Assembly: GCA_013002045.1 (NCBI GenBank) | Contig: JABDKV010000325.1 | Span: 1-44,365, forward strand | Length of the DNA: 44,365 nucleotides | Direction: 5' to 3' | DNA from: Gammaproteobacteria bacterium | GTDB lineage: Bacteria; Pseudomonadota; Gammaproteobacteria; Steroidobacterales; JABDKV01 | In this document: piece after piece, positions 25,587-35,800 of the stretch | Layout of the letters: each line of letters opens with the position of its first letter | How positions within the stretch are numbered: the first letter of the stretch is position 1 | Translations under genes and position numbers: made by a program | The notes under the pieces: model-generated | What the model saw: the letters and a program-made list of their open reading frames with translations, nothing else | Told to the model about the DNA's origin: nothing | Databases searched by the model: none

Positions 25587-26006
25587 TCAGGGGCCGTCGT
25601 TTACTGTGGCGATATTGATGTGCACGAAACCGAGTCGCCCGGCCACATCCATCGCGGTTACCACCGACTGGTGAGTCGCGCGGGCATCGGCGCGAATAGT
25701 CACCGGCAGGTCACGTTGTTCGCCATAGAGCCTAATCAGCGCCCGACGTAACGTATCAGGTCGGTTGTTAAGCAACTCCTGACCATTGAGGAAGTAAGCT
25801 CCCTCTGCAGTGACGACGATCTCTGCTGGCTCGACCGTAGCCTCCACAGGCTGCGTGTCACTGCTTTGTGGCAGCTCGATCTTGATTTCCGACTCACGGG
25901 TAAACGACGTCGATACCATGAAGAACACCAGCAGCAACAGCACCACATCGATCAACGAGGTCAGGTTGATCTCCGGTTCCTCGGCTACTCGTTCGCGCAG
26001 GTTCAA
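25587..26006 (-). CDS. exbD: ExbD/TolR family biopolymer transport protein
   Basis: 139 aa. EINLTSLIDVVLLLLVFFMV contains the TM segment with the conserved Asp. Confidence 0.85.
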   Translation of the reverse strand: MNLRERVAEEPEINLTSLIDVVLLLLVFFMVSTSFTRESEIKIELPQSSDTQPVEATVEPAEIVVTAEGAYFLNGQELLNNRPDTLRRALIRLYGEQRDLPVTIRADARATHQSVVTAMDVAGRLGFVHINIATVNDGP

Positions 26007-26632
26007 CTTTCCCTGCTCCGCGCCCGCCGATCGCCACTGTGTATCGCCTCGACCAGCTTGATCGCCTCCTTCTCCATTTGCACAACCAGCGAATCGACAC
26101 GGCCACGCAGGTAGCGATAGCCGATCAGCGCCGGGATCGCAATCGACAGTCCCGCGGCGGTCGTAATCAGTGCCTCGGAGATGCCCCCCGCCAGCACCCC
26201 CGGGTTACCGACACCCTGCGCCTGGATTGCGCTGAACACCTTGACCATGCCGATCACGGTGCCGAGCAGACCGAGCAGCGGTGAGATCGCCGCAATCGTG
26301 CCGAGCGGATTCAGAAATCGTTCCAGCTCGTGTACGACGTGCCGCCCTGTATCTTCGATCGATTCCTTCATCAGTTCCCGATCGGCATCGCGATTGGTCA
26401 GTCCGGAAGCCAGAATGCGACCCAGGGGCGAGCTCTCGCGCAAAGCGTGTATGTGGCGGTCGTCGAGTTGTTCCTTCTCGACCCAGTACCAAACCTTGGC
26501 CGCCAGGTCGTTCGGCAACACCCGTTTACGCTGCAAGGTCCACAGGCGCTCGAGAATAATTGCCCCGGCGGCGATGGAACACAACACCAGCGGCAGCATC
26601 AACCAGCCACCCGCTCTGACTATCTCAAACAT
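26003..26632 (-). CDS. exbB: MotA/TolQ/ExbB proton-channel protein
   Basis: 209 aa with LGTIAAISPLLGLLGTVIGM and ALITTAAGLSIAIPA, which are typical ExbB/TolQ TM2/TM3 segments. Confidence 0.85.
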   Translation of the reverse strand: MFEIVRAGGWLMLPLVLCSIAAGAIILERLWTLQRKRVLPNDLAAKVWYWVEKEQLDDRHIHALRESSPLGRILASGLTNRDADRELMKESIEDTGRHVVHELERFLNPLGTIAAISPLLGLLGTVIGMVKVFSAIQAQGVGNPGVLAGGISEALITTAAGLSIAIPALIGYRYLRGRVDSLVVQMEKEAIKLVEAIHSGDRRARSRES

Positions 26633-26700
26633 AGACTCCTCTGATTGACCCCGGCCCCGGCAATGGCCGCGGCCATGATACCTAAGCCTTCAGCGGTATC

Positions 26701-28938
26701 CTACAGCCGGTTACGACAGCGGCGGGACCACGGCCGCCGCCGCTTACAGCGCTCGGTAACCACTGAGATCGATTTCTGTTGGCGAAAGCGTACGGTCACC
26801 GCTCCATCGGCACCGGTATCGAACAGTTGTGCGCCATTACCACGCCAGCGGGCCATGACTTCATGGCGTGGCAATCCCCAGCGATTGGCGAAAGCTGACG
26901 AGAAAACCACTACCCGTGGAGATAAGGACTCGACCAGGGCAATGGTCGATGATGTCGCACTGCCATGATGCGGTGCTGCAACGACATCGCAGCGCTTGCG
27001 GTAGCGCTCGAGCAAGACCAGTTCGGCAGCCCGTTCAATGTCTCCGGTGAGCAGCACGCAACCATGCTGGCTTTGTATCTCTACGACGCAACTGGCGTTA
27101 TTGCCACGCCAGCTTGCGCTGACCGGGTGCACCAGGGCGATCGAAACACCGTCCCAGGCCCAGCGTGTACCCTGGCGACAGGCCACAAACGGCAACGCGT
27201 CGCCGGCCAGCACGCGCACGTTGGCATACTGGCCCAACAGGTCGCGCATACCGCCATAGTGATCAAGATCACCGTGACTGACGACAATAACATCGGGACG
27301 CCAGCGCTGACTTTGCAGGAAGGGCACGATGATTCGTTGCGCAGCCGACGCGCCATTACGCCAGCCGGGCCCGGTGTCGTACAACAGCACGTGGCGGCGC
27401 GTGCGCAGGACGATCGCCGTGCCATGACCGACATCGAGAAAGACGACATCGAATTCGCCACGATCCGGTGACGGTGACGACCACACGAACAGCGGTGCCA
27501 ACATGGCGAAGCCAAGACGGCGCAGTGGCCAGCCGGGTGGTGCCAGCAACCAGGCACTGCCGGCAAAGGCCAGCGCAATTACGGGCAGCGGCGGTAGTGT
27601 CATGGACATGGCCGCCACAGGCCAGTCAGCGATTCGTTCAACCACCGGCCAGGCCAGCGACAGCATGTGACCGGCAAGCTGCAACGGCAGCGCAATATCC
27701 AGTGTCACCAGAACGACCGTACCGACCAGCACCAACGGCACAACCACCAGCGTTGCCAGTGGCACCGCGACCAGGTTCAGCAACGGCGCCACCAGCGACA
27801 CTTCGCCGAACAGTAAGGACAACAGCGGCGCGAGTCCCACCGCAATACCCAACTGGGTACGCACGGCCAGTCTCAGCCCGTTCCCGCTGCGGCCCTGCAA
27901 GGCATAGAGAATCGCGGATACAGCAGCAAATGACAGCCAGAAACCGCGATCCAGCACGACAGCCGGATCAACGCCGACCACAATAACCAGGGCAACCGCC
28001 AGCGTATTGACCGGGTGCACCGAACGCTGCAGCAACCGTGCCAGCAGGACCAGGCAAACAACAATCAGCGCTCGCTGTGTCGATACCGGGAACCCCGCCG
28101 CCGCTGCATAGAGCAGTGCGGCACTGCCGCTGCACAGACACGCCGGCCATACAGCGCGGCGTAACAGTGCACCGATGGTGGCACCCACAAGCCAGCCGAA
28201 GCAGGCGACCATCCCGACATGCAGACCGCTGATCGCCAGCAGGTGCCCAAGTCCGGTACGCCGCATTGTTTCCCAGTGCGCAGTCGACAACTGCCTGCGG
28301 TCCGCCAGGGCCAGGGCCGGTACAAAGGCCAGGGCAACCGGCTCATCCAGCACAGTCTGTAGCCGCGTGGATAACCGATGACGCAGCCAGCTCAGGTGAA
28401 ATCGTGAGGCCGACTGCAGGCGACGATTGCCTGGATCGTCAACGACATACCCGGTTGCCGTGATGCGGTTACGGTATGCCGCGTCTTCATAACGCGGCAA
28501 CCCTGGATTGGCGAAACCCGACGGCGGACGCAGTCGAACGCGCAATTGCCAACGTTCGCCCGCTACCGGTTGCGCTTCCGTTTCGTACCAGTTGAGACTA
28601 ATTCGGCTTTGGCTGCCGTTGAAACGGCTGCTGAGCGACAGGCGCAACGTGTCACCGTTGCGCCTGACCAGTTCCGTGATAACGCCTTCAACCTGGTACT
28701 CACGAAAACCATAATGATCGACGCTACGATGCTCGACGTAGGTGCCAATGTGCCAGCCGCTCCAGCACAGACCGAGCAGGCCCCAGGTCAGCCACCGATG
28801 ACGGTACAGCCGCAGTGCCGGCAACAGGCAAACCATACTGACGACGAGTGGCACCGTGACCGGTGCATGAGGCAAAGCCAGGCTAAGCGCAACACCGCAC
28901 AATAACGCGATGGCAGCCGCAATCGTTGGAAAATGCAC
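26701..28938 (-). CDS. comEC: DNA internalisation-related competence protein ComEC/Rec2
   Basis: 745 aa with an N-terminal OB/DUF4131-like part, a polytopic competence domain, and a C-terminal metallo-beta-lactamase domain (VFLDVGHGTA...VSHGDLDHYGG). The start is GTG. Confidence 0.85.
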   Translation of the reverse strand: MHFPTIAAAIALLCGVALSLALPHAPVTVPLVVSMVCLLPALRLYRHRWLTWGLLGLCWSGWHIGTYVEHRSVDHYGFREYQVEGVITELVRRNGDTLRLSLSSRFNGSQSRISLNWYETEAQPVAGERWQLRVRLRPPSGFANPGLPRYEDAAYRNRITATGYVVDDPGNRRLQSASRFHLSWLRHRLSTRLQTVLDEPVALAFVPALALADRRQLSTAHWETMRRTGLGHLLAISGLHVGMVACFGWLVGATIGALLRRAVWPACLCSGSAALLYAAAAGFPVSTQRALIVVCLVLLARLLQRSVHPVNTLAVALVIVVGVDPAVVLDRGFWLSFAAVSAILYALQGRSGNGLRLAVRTQLGIAVGLAPLLSLLFGEVSLVAPLLNLVAVPLATLVVVPLVLVGTVVLVTLDIALPLQLAGHMLSLAWPVVERIADWPVAAMSMTLPPLPVIALAFAGSAWLLAPPGWPLRRLGFAMLAPLFVWSSPSPDRGEFDVVFLDVGHGTAIVLRTRRHVLLYDTGPGWRNGASAAQRIIVPFLQSQRWRPDVIVVSHGDLDHYGGMRDLLGQYANVRVLAGDALPFVACRQGTRWAWDGVSIALVHPVSASWRGNNASCVVEIQSQHGCVLLTGDIERAAELVLLERYRKRCDVVAAPHHGSATSSTIALVESLSPRVVVFSSAFANRWGLPRHEVMARWRGNGAQLFDTGADGAVTVRFRQQKSISVVTERCKRRRPWSRRCRNRL

Positions 28939-29000
28939 GTCGCCATTGCAACGCGAAGATGTGCATTATTGCGACTGTCGTTATTGCCCGCTTGCGCCGT

Positions 29001-29711
29001 TTAATCTGCTTGCGTGATGGCGGCGGGCTGCAGGCGACCGTCTTCCAGCATGAGGATGCGGTCCATACGCTGCGCGATACGCATGTCGTGTGTAACGACG
29101 ACCAGGCTGGTTCCAAACTCCGCATTGAGTTCGAGCATCAGCGCAAAAACACGGTCGCCGGTGCGACCATCGAGATTACCGGTTGGTTCATCGGCCAGCA
29201 CCAGCGCCGGTCGCGTGATGAGTGCACGTGCAACTGCCGCGCGCTGGCGCTCGCCACCGGATAACTCCGACGGTTTGTGATCGAGACGCTCTCCCAGACC
29301 GACTTTGTCGAGCAAGGTCGTGGCGGCCGAACGTGCCGCCGCCGGTGATTCGCGCCGGATCAACAGTGGCAAAGCCACGTTTTCCAGCGCGGTGAACTCC
29401 GGCAACAGATGATGAAACTGGTAAACGAAACCAATCAGCTGATTGCGCACCAGGCCACGAGCAGCTTCGTCCAGAGCGGCCAGGTCTTTGCCGTCGACCA
29501 GGACCCGACCGGACGTCGGCTGGTCTAGACCACCGAGGATTTGCAGCAATGTCGTCTTGCCACTACCTGAAGCACCAATAATGGCGATGCGTTCGCCGCG
29601 CCGGATTTGCAGGTCCACGGCGTTGAGCACGACAAGCTCGCCATGAGCCTGTGGATAGACACGCCGCACCTGCTCGCAGGCCAGCACCATAGGGGATGAC
29701 GAATCATTCAT
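29001..29711 (-). CDS. lolD: Lipoprotein-releasing system ATP-binding protein LolD
   Basis: Walker A is GASGSGKTT. It also has FVYQFHHLLPEFTALENV, signature LSGGERQR and Walker B LVLADEPTGNLD. I used the internal ATG at 29711, which overlaps the upstream permease stop. Confidence 0.9.
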   Translation of the reverse strand: MNDSSSPMVLACEQVRRVYPQAHGELVVLNAVDLQIRRGERIAIIGASGSGKTTLLQILGGLDQPTSGRVLVDGKDLAALDEAARGLVRNQLIGFVYQFHHLLPEFTALENVALPLLIRRESPAAARSAATTLLDKVGLGERLDHKPSELSGGERQRAAVARALITRPALVLADEPTGNLDGRTGDRVFALMLELNAEFGTSLVVVTHDMRIAQRMDRILMLEDGRLQPAAITQAD

Positions 29712-30954
29712 GTCGTAGGGCCTCGGCCGGCTGCGTTCGCGACGCACGCCATGCGGGGATGACCGTGGAGACCAGCGCCAGCAGGATTGCTGTAACCGCG
29801 ACCTCGATCACCTCGTCAACCTGCAACTGCGCTGGCAGATCACTAAGAAAATAGACTTCGCCCGAGACCAGGTCGACCCGTAGCAGACGTTCCAGTCCCC
29901 GGACTATCGCTTCCACGTTGAGTGCACCGAGGACGCCGAATATAACGCCGGCGAGTGTGCCGATGACGCCAATCGAGACACCCTGCACGAGGAAGATAGT
30001 CATGATACTACGCGGTGTTGCACCCATCGTCCGCATGATCGCGATATCGGCGCGCTTGTCCTTGACCACCATTACCAGTGTAGAAACGATATTAAATGCG
30101 GCCACACCGACGACCAGCAGCAGGATAATGAACATGACCGTCTTGGTCAGCTGGATCGAGCGAAAGAAATTAGCGTGATTGCGTGTCCAGTCGCTGATTA
30201 GTACGCCACCGCCCATATCGCGCGCAATATCGACCACCACGTCCCGGGCGCGGAACATATCGTTGAGCCGCAGCCGCACACCGGTAACGGCGTCACCGAG
30301 GCGAAACAACCGCGCAGCATCGCCCAACTCGATAAAAGCCAGGCCGCGGTCAAACTCGTACATGCCGGCCTCGAATACACCGCTAACGGTGAACCGGCGC
30401 ATCCGCGGTACGATTCCGGCCGGGGTCACGCGTGCCTGCGAAATCAGCAATATCAATTTGTCACCCGGGCCAACACCAAGCTCGTCAGCCAGCGCCGACC
30501 CGATCAGGATATTGTAATCCCCATCGATCAGGGTCTCGGTCGTGCCCGCGGTCATCAGGTTGTCGAGCGTAGCCACCTCGCGCTCCTGGCGCGGATCGAT
30601 CCCGCGTACGAGGACACCACTCAGTCGTTCGCCATTGACCAGCATGCCCTCACCTTCCACGAATGGCGCTCCGGCGGCCACCTCGGGATGTCGTGCCGCA
30701 TGCTGCGACAATGCGCGCCAGTGTGGAAGTGGTCCATCGAGCCCGGAAATCGTGGCATGCGAGGCCAGTGCCAGGATGCGTTCGCGCAACTCCTTCTCGA
30801 ATCCATTCATGACTGACAGCACGACTATCAGCACAAAGACAGCGATTGCGATACCCAGCATTGATGTGGCGGAGATAAAGGAGACAAAACCGGTTCGCGT
30901 ACGTGGACGCAGGTAGCGCAGACCAACTGTCCACTCATAGAGTTGCGTAATCAT
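29704..30954 (-). CDS. lolE: LolC/LolE family lipoprotein-releasing permease (second copy)
   Basis: 416 aa with GLRYLRPR...FVSFIS...SVMNGFEKELRERIL and a C-terminal FtsX-type domain. It has an ATGA overlap with the upstream paralogue. The C versus E assignment is by gene order only. Confidence 0.7.
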   Translation of the reverse strand: MITQLYEWTVGLRYLRPRTRTGFVSFISATSMLGIAIAVFVLIVVLSVMNGFEKELRERILALASHATISGLDGPLPHWRALSQHAARHPEVAAGAPFVEGEGMLVNGERLSGVLVRGIDPRQEREVATLDNLMTAGTTETLIDGDYNILIGSALADELGVGPGDKLILLISQARVTPAGIVPRMRRFTVSGVFEAGMYEFDRGLAFIELGDAARLFRLGDAVTGVRLRLNDMFRARDVVVDIARDMGGGVLISDWTRNHANFFRSIQLTKTVMFIILLLVVGVAAFNIVSTLVMVVKDKRADIAIMRTMGATPRSIMTIFLVQGVSIGVIGTLAGVIFGVLGALNVEAIVRGLERLLRVDLVSGEVYFLSDLPAQLQVDEVIEVAVTAILLALVSTVIPAWRASRTQPAEALRHE

Positions 30955-32192
30955 TCGTACCGCAAAGCCTCTGCCGGGTGCGTTGCTGCCGCCCGCCGCG
31001 CCGGATATAAAGTTGCAATGACCGACAATACCAGCGCCGCCCCGACGATCGCAGCGACTTCCCCAATACGTAACTCTGACGGTACTGACGTGATGTAGTA
31101 AACATCACGTGGCAGCAGACTGGAACCGGTTAATGTCTCGACCCAGCCCAGCATGCTCTCGATATTGAGCGCCAGCATCACGCCACCGATGAGACCGGCA
31201 ATCGTGCCGACAATGCCTATAACACTTCCCTGTACGACAAAAATACGCATGACCTCAGCCGGGCGCATGCCGATGGTTCGCAGGATCGCTATGTCGGTGC
31301 GACGATCGGCGACGGCCATAACCAGTGAGGCGACAATATTGAATGCGGCCACCGCAACAATCAGCAGCAGGATCACGAACATCATCGCCTTCTCGATACG
31401 TGTTGCGCGATAAATGCTGGCCTGTTCGCGGGTCCAGTCACCGACGACATAGTCGTCGCCCAATGTCTGCTGTAACTGCCGGGCGACGCGAGGCGCAGCG
31501 AAAATATCGTCGAGTGTCACCCTGATGCCGTTGACCTGCCCGCTTTGCAGCCCCAGTAAGGCCGCAGCATCGTCGATATGCAGCAAGGCGGTACTGGTGT
31601 CGTGCTCGGCGATACCCACCTCGAACACCCCGGCGATATCGAAACGGCGTAACAACGGCGACAGCCGGCCCTGTGGCGTGGCCCTGGGAATCATGATGGT
31701 CGCCGCATCGCCACGCATTACGAGCAAGCTTCGCGCCAGTTCGGCGCCCATGATCATCCGGTTAGCGCCGGGCTCGAGGGTCGCGAGAACCGTCGGATCC
31801 AGCGCCCCGCTCAAGGTGCTGAGCCCGGCAGACGGGTCGAGCCCGCGCAGTCGCACGCCACTGAGGTTCAGCCCGTTGATCAGCAAGCCCTGGCCATCGA
31901 CATAAGCGACTGCCTCGCTTACGCCTGGCACCTCGCGCAATTGCCCGGCCAGCTGCGCGCTGTCATCGAGGTACCCTTCGCGGCCACTCACGGTGACGTG
32001 TGCAGTCAGGCTGAGCAATCTCGCTCGCAGTTCATTGCCAAACCCGTTCATGACCGACAGCACGACTATCAGGGACGTAACGCCCAGCGCAATCCCGATC
32101 AGAGAGATCGCCGAGATAAATGAGACGTAAAGGTTGCGTCGCCGTGGCAACAGGTAGCGCAGACCGATAAATGCGGCGAGTGGCTGGTACAT
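30951..32192 (-). CDS. lolC: LolC/LolE family lipoprotein-releasing permease (first copy)
   Basis: 413 aa with GLRYLLPRRRN..VSFIS...SVMNGFGNELRARLL and a C-terminal FtsX-type domain. Confidence 0.7.
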   Translation of the reverse strand: MYQPLAAFIGLRYLLPRRRNLYVSFISAISLIGIALGVTSLIVVLSVMNGFGNELRARLLSLTAHVTVSGREGYLDDSAQLAGQLREVPGVSEAVAYVDGQGLLINGLNLSGVRLRGLDPSAGLSTLSGALDPTVLATLEPGANRMIMGAELARSLLVMRGDAATIMIPRATPQGRLSPLLRRFDIAGVFEVGIAEHDTSTALLHIDDAAALLGLQSGQVNGIRVTLDDIFAAPRVARQLQQTLGDDYVVGDWTREQASIYRATRIEKAMMFVILLLIVAVAAFNIVASLVMAVADRRTDIAILRTIGMRPAEVMRIFVVQGSVIGIVGTIAGLIGGVMLALNIESMLGWVETLTGSSLLPRDVYYITSVPSELRIGEVAAIVGAALVLSVIATLYPARRAAATHPAEALRYE

Positions 32193-32455
32193 CGCGGGAT
32201 TAAATCACAGGCTGCGAAGCGGGGTAAGCCACTCGCTCAGAACGGGTTTTAGCAGCGAATTTGCGCAACTGGACAATTTTTGACCGTGCGGGTTTTTTTT
32301 CACTTGTGCACCGCCGCATGACGTAGCAGCGCGGTTCCTCGCTGGCTATCCAGGCTGTAAATTTCACGTAAACTGCATAATAATCATTAGATTACAGTTT
32401 TTTCTTAACAATTCAAGACAAGATGTTGCTTTAGGGTTAAATTCGCAACAATTCG

Positions 32456-32485
32456 TTGAGAAACCGAAAAAGTGTGCTTTATATT
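32456..32485 (+). promoter_or_regulatory. Candidate sigma70 promoter for the small exported protein gene (and possibly mfd)
   Basis: TTGAGA (32456..32461), an 18-nt spacer, then TATATT (32480..32485). Each hexamer matches consensus at 5 of 6 positions. A GGAGG Shine-Dalgarno follows before ATG 32519. Confidence 0.35.
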
Positions 32486-32518
32486 GTCCACTCACCGGAG
32501 GCAGAGGGACAAAGGTGT

Positions 32519-32812
32519 ATGGGCAAGCGCATAGGGGCATCGTTCGCGATCGTCATACTGGCAGCCGTCGCCGTTACGGCGATCGGCCAGACCCTGATTG
32601 TCGACAACCCTGCTGCGGCTGACAGCGACCTGACTCAGATCCCGTCACGGGGGATGACCATGGAGTCAGTCGAAGCCAACTTTGGCTCCCCGGCCAATCG
32701 TCGCGCCCCGGTTGGCGACCCGCCCATTACGCGGTGGGAATATGGCGATTTCATCGTTTATTTCGAATACAAGCGCGTCATACACGCGGTCGCCAAGCGA
32801 CCCGTCTCCTAA
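32519..32812 (+). CDS. Small exported protein, BamE/SmpA-OmlA-like motif
   Basis: 97 aa. The signal-like segment is MGKRIGASFAIVILAAVAVTAIG. RGMTMESVEANFGSPA...WEYGDFIVYF resembles the GMT..QV...LG.P...W.Y pattern of the SmpA/OmlA fold. It has no lipobox Cys. Confidence 0.5.
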   Translation: MGKRIGASFAIVILAAVAVTAIGQTLIVDNPAAADSDLTQIPSRGMTMESVEANFGSPANRRAPVGDPPITRWEYGDFIVYFEYKRVIHAVAKRPVS

Positions 32813-32862
32813 GACCTCCACCGGTCTCGCCCGTAACCCGCTCCGCAGTGTAATCTGTGGGG

Positions 32863-35800
32863 ATGTCTGCGTTTTTCTCAGTTTACGACGCCCGCCTCCC
32901 CGATAACGGCATCCAGCGCTGGGGACGTCTGTATGGCAGCGCTATCCCGCTGGCCATTGCCAACGCCCTCGACAGTTCGACCAGGCCGGTCCTGCTGCTG
33001 ACGGCCGATGTCCGTGCGCAGGAACGTCTCGAAGCGGAGCTGCGGTTTTTTTCCCCCAAACTGCCACTGCTGCAGTTTCCCGATCTGGAAACATTGCCGT
33101 ACGACATCTTCTCGCCACACCAGGACATCGTTTCGGGTCGACTGGCGACACTGGCTCGCCTGCCACACGACGATAATCCCATCGTTATCGCACCGGCGAC
33201 GACGCTGCTGCAACGCCTGCCACCACACGCCTATATTGCCGGCAGTACTCTCGTCTGCCGGGTCGGACAGCAATTCGATCTCGATAGCTGGCGTACACGC
33301 CTCAGCGCCGCAGGCTACCGACATGTCAGCCAGGTCATGGAACATGGCGAGTTCGCCGTTCGTGGCTCGCTCATCGATATCTTCCCCATGGGGGTCGACG
33401 ACCCGGTGCGCATCGACCTGTTCGACGACGAGATCGAAACCATACGCAGCTTCGATTCGCTGACTCAGATCTCGGGACCCAAAGTCGACAGCCTGCAGAT
33501 ATTGCCGGCGCGCGAATTCCCGATGACAGAAGAAGGTATCCGCGGGTTTCGGCAACGTTATCGGCGTCGTTTCGAGGGCGATCCGACAAAGGTTCAGCTC
33601 TATCGCGAGGTTTCCGACGGACATATCCCGGGTGGACTCGAGTACTACCTGCCATTGTTTTTCGACGAAACAGTCACCTTACTCGACTACCTGCCCGACC
33701 ACACAGTGGTGTTGACTGATGACGATATCGAGGAGACGTTGACCCAACTCGGCAACGAGATTGCCGATCGCTATGAGCAACGCGCCCACGATCGCGAGCG
33801 GCCGTTGCTTTCGCCGACCGAGGCTTTTGCTGACCCGACTGCTGTTGCTGCGCACCTGCAACGCTTCACGCAAGTCCGCATCAGCACCTTTGAGCAGGTC
33901 GATGAGGCTGTCAATTTTGCCAGTCACACCCCACCGCGACTCGAGATCCGGCCGCGCCAGCAAAATCCGGCGGCAGCGCTGCAGGACTTTGTCGATAATT
34001 TCGACGGTCGCATACTGTTCGCAGCCGAGTCGGCAGGTCATCGCGAGACGCTGGCAGAGTTCCTGCGCGGTCGTGGCATGCGGGTCCCGCGCGTGGACAA
34101 CTGGCGCAATTTTGCCAGCGGTGAGCAACGACTGGCACTGATCGAGGCTCCGCTCGAACGGGGCTTGCTGCTGCAGCAGCCGGCGCAGGCGCTGATCGTT
34201 GAAGAGCAATTATTTGGCGAACGCGTACGCACCCGGCGACGGCGGCGCCCATCGCGTGACCCCGCTGCTATCGTCCGCGACCTGACTGACCTGCATGCCG
34301 GCGCGCCGGTGGTGCACGAAGAGTATGGTGTCGGTCGCTTTATTGGCCTGCAGACGCTGGAAGTCGCTGGCGAGACCAATGAGTTCCTGACACTGGAATA
34401 TGCCGATGGTGACAAGCTCTATGTCCCGGTACATGCTCTCGACCGTATCAGTCGCTATACCGGTGCTGCAGCAGATGGCGCTCCGTTGCATCGCCTCGGC
34501 AGTGACCAGTGGGACAAGGCCAGGCGCAAAGCCGCCGAGAAAATACGCGATGCCGCGGCCGAGCTGCTCGATGTCTATGCCCGCCGCGAGGCGCGCCCGG
34601 GTCGCACCTTCGCCCCCGCCGCAGACGAGTACAGTGCCTTCGTACAGGCATTTCCCTTCGATGAGACAGACGACCAGGCCAGCGCGATCGACGCGGTCGT
34701 CGACGACCTGCACTCGAGTCGACCAATGGACCGGGTCATCTGCGGCGATGTCGGCTTTGGCAAGACAGAGGTCGCCATGCGAGCGGCATTTGTCGCCGTT
34801 GCAGGTGGAGCCCAGGTCGCCATGCTGGTGCCTACAACTTTGCTGGCGCAACAACACCTGCAGAGCTTTCGCGACCGCTTTGCCGACTGGCCAGTGCGCA
34901 TCGAGTCACTGTCCCGCTTCCGTAGCGGCAAAGAAACAACGCAAATATTGCAGGGTATGGCCGATGGCAAAGTCGATATCGTCATCGGTACCCACAAGCT
35001 GTTGCAACGACAGGTTGAATTCAGGGATCTCGGCCTGGTCATTATCGACGAAGAACATCGCTTCGGTGTGCGGCACAAGGAAAAGCTCAAGGAATTACGC
35101 ACCGAGGTCGATGTACTGACACTCACAGCTACGCCAATTCCACGCACGCTGAACATGGCAATGGGCGGTGTGCGCGACCTGTCACTGATCACGACACCAC
35201 CGTCAGAGCGGCACGCGGTCAAGACTTTCGTCACCGAATGGAACGATACGTTGTTACGCGAAGCTGTGTTACGCGAAATCCGTCGCGGAGGCCAGGTATT
35301 CGTGGTGCATAACCGGGTTCAGAGTATCGGCAAACTTGCTGATAAGCTGGAAAAGCTGGTACCCGAAGCAGACATGCGTATCGCCCATGGCCAGATGCGG
35401 GAGCGCGAACTCGAGCAGGTCATGCTGGATTTCTACCATCGCCGCTTCAATGTGCTGATCTGCACTACCATTGTCGAAAGCGGCCTCGATGTGCCTACCG
35501 CCAATACCATTATTATCGATCGTGCGGAACAGCTGGGACTGGCACAGCTACACCAGTTACGCGGTCGCGTTGGGCGCTCGCATCACCGCGCCTATGCTTA
35601 CCTGATTACACCACCGCGCCGCGGCCTGACAGCCGATGCCGTCAAGCGCCTCGAAGCGGTCGAATCGACGGAGGAACTGGGTGCTGGCTTCATGCTGGCG
35701 ACACATGACCTCGAGATTCGTGGCGCCGGGGAATTGCTCGGCGAAGACCAGAGCGGGCAGATTCATGAGATCGGATTTTCGATGTACATCGAGTTACTGG

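Noticed and set aside
32281-32300. GACCGTGCGGG followed by a T8 run was considered as an intrinsic terminator or sRNA 3' end.
   Set aside because: I could not find a complementary arm upstream to form the required GC-rich stem. On the other strand it is simply an A-tract in the lolC upstream region.
32355-32397. A CTGT...ACAG-like sequence (CTGTAAATTTCACGTAAACTGCATAATAATCATTAGATTACAG) upstream of mfd was considered as a possible SOS box.
   Set aside because: No sub-window fits CTGT-N8-ACAG or CTG-N10-CAG spacing. The resemblance comes from AT-rich sequence bounded by CTG/CAG.
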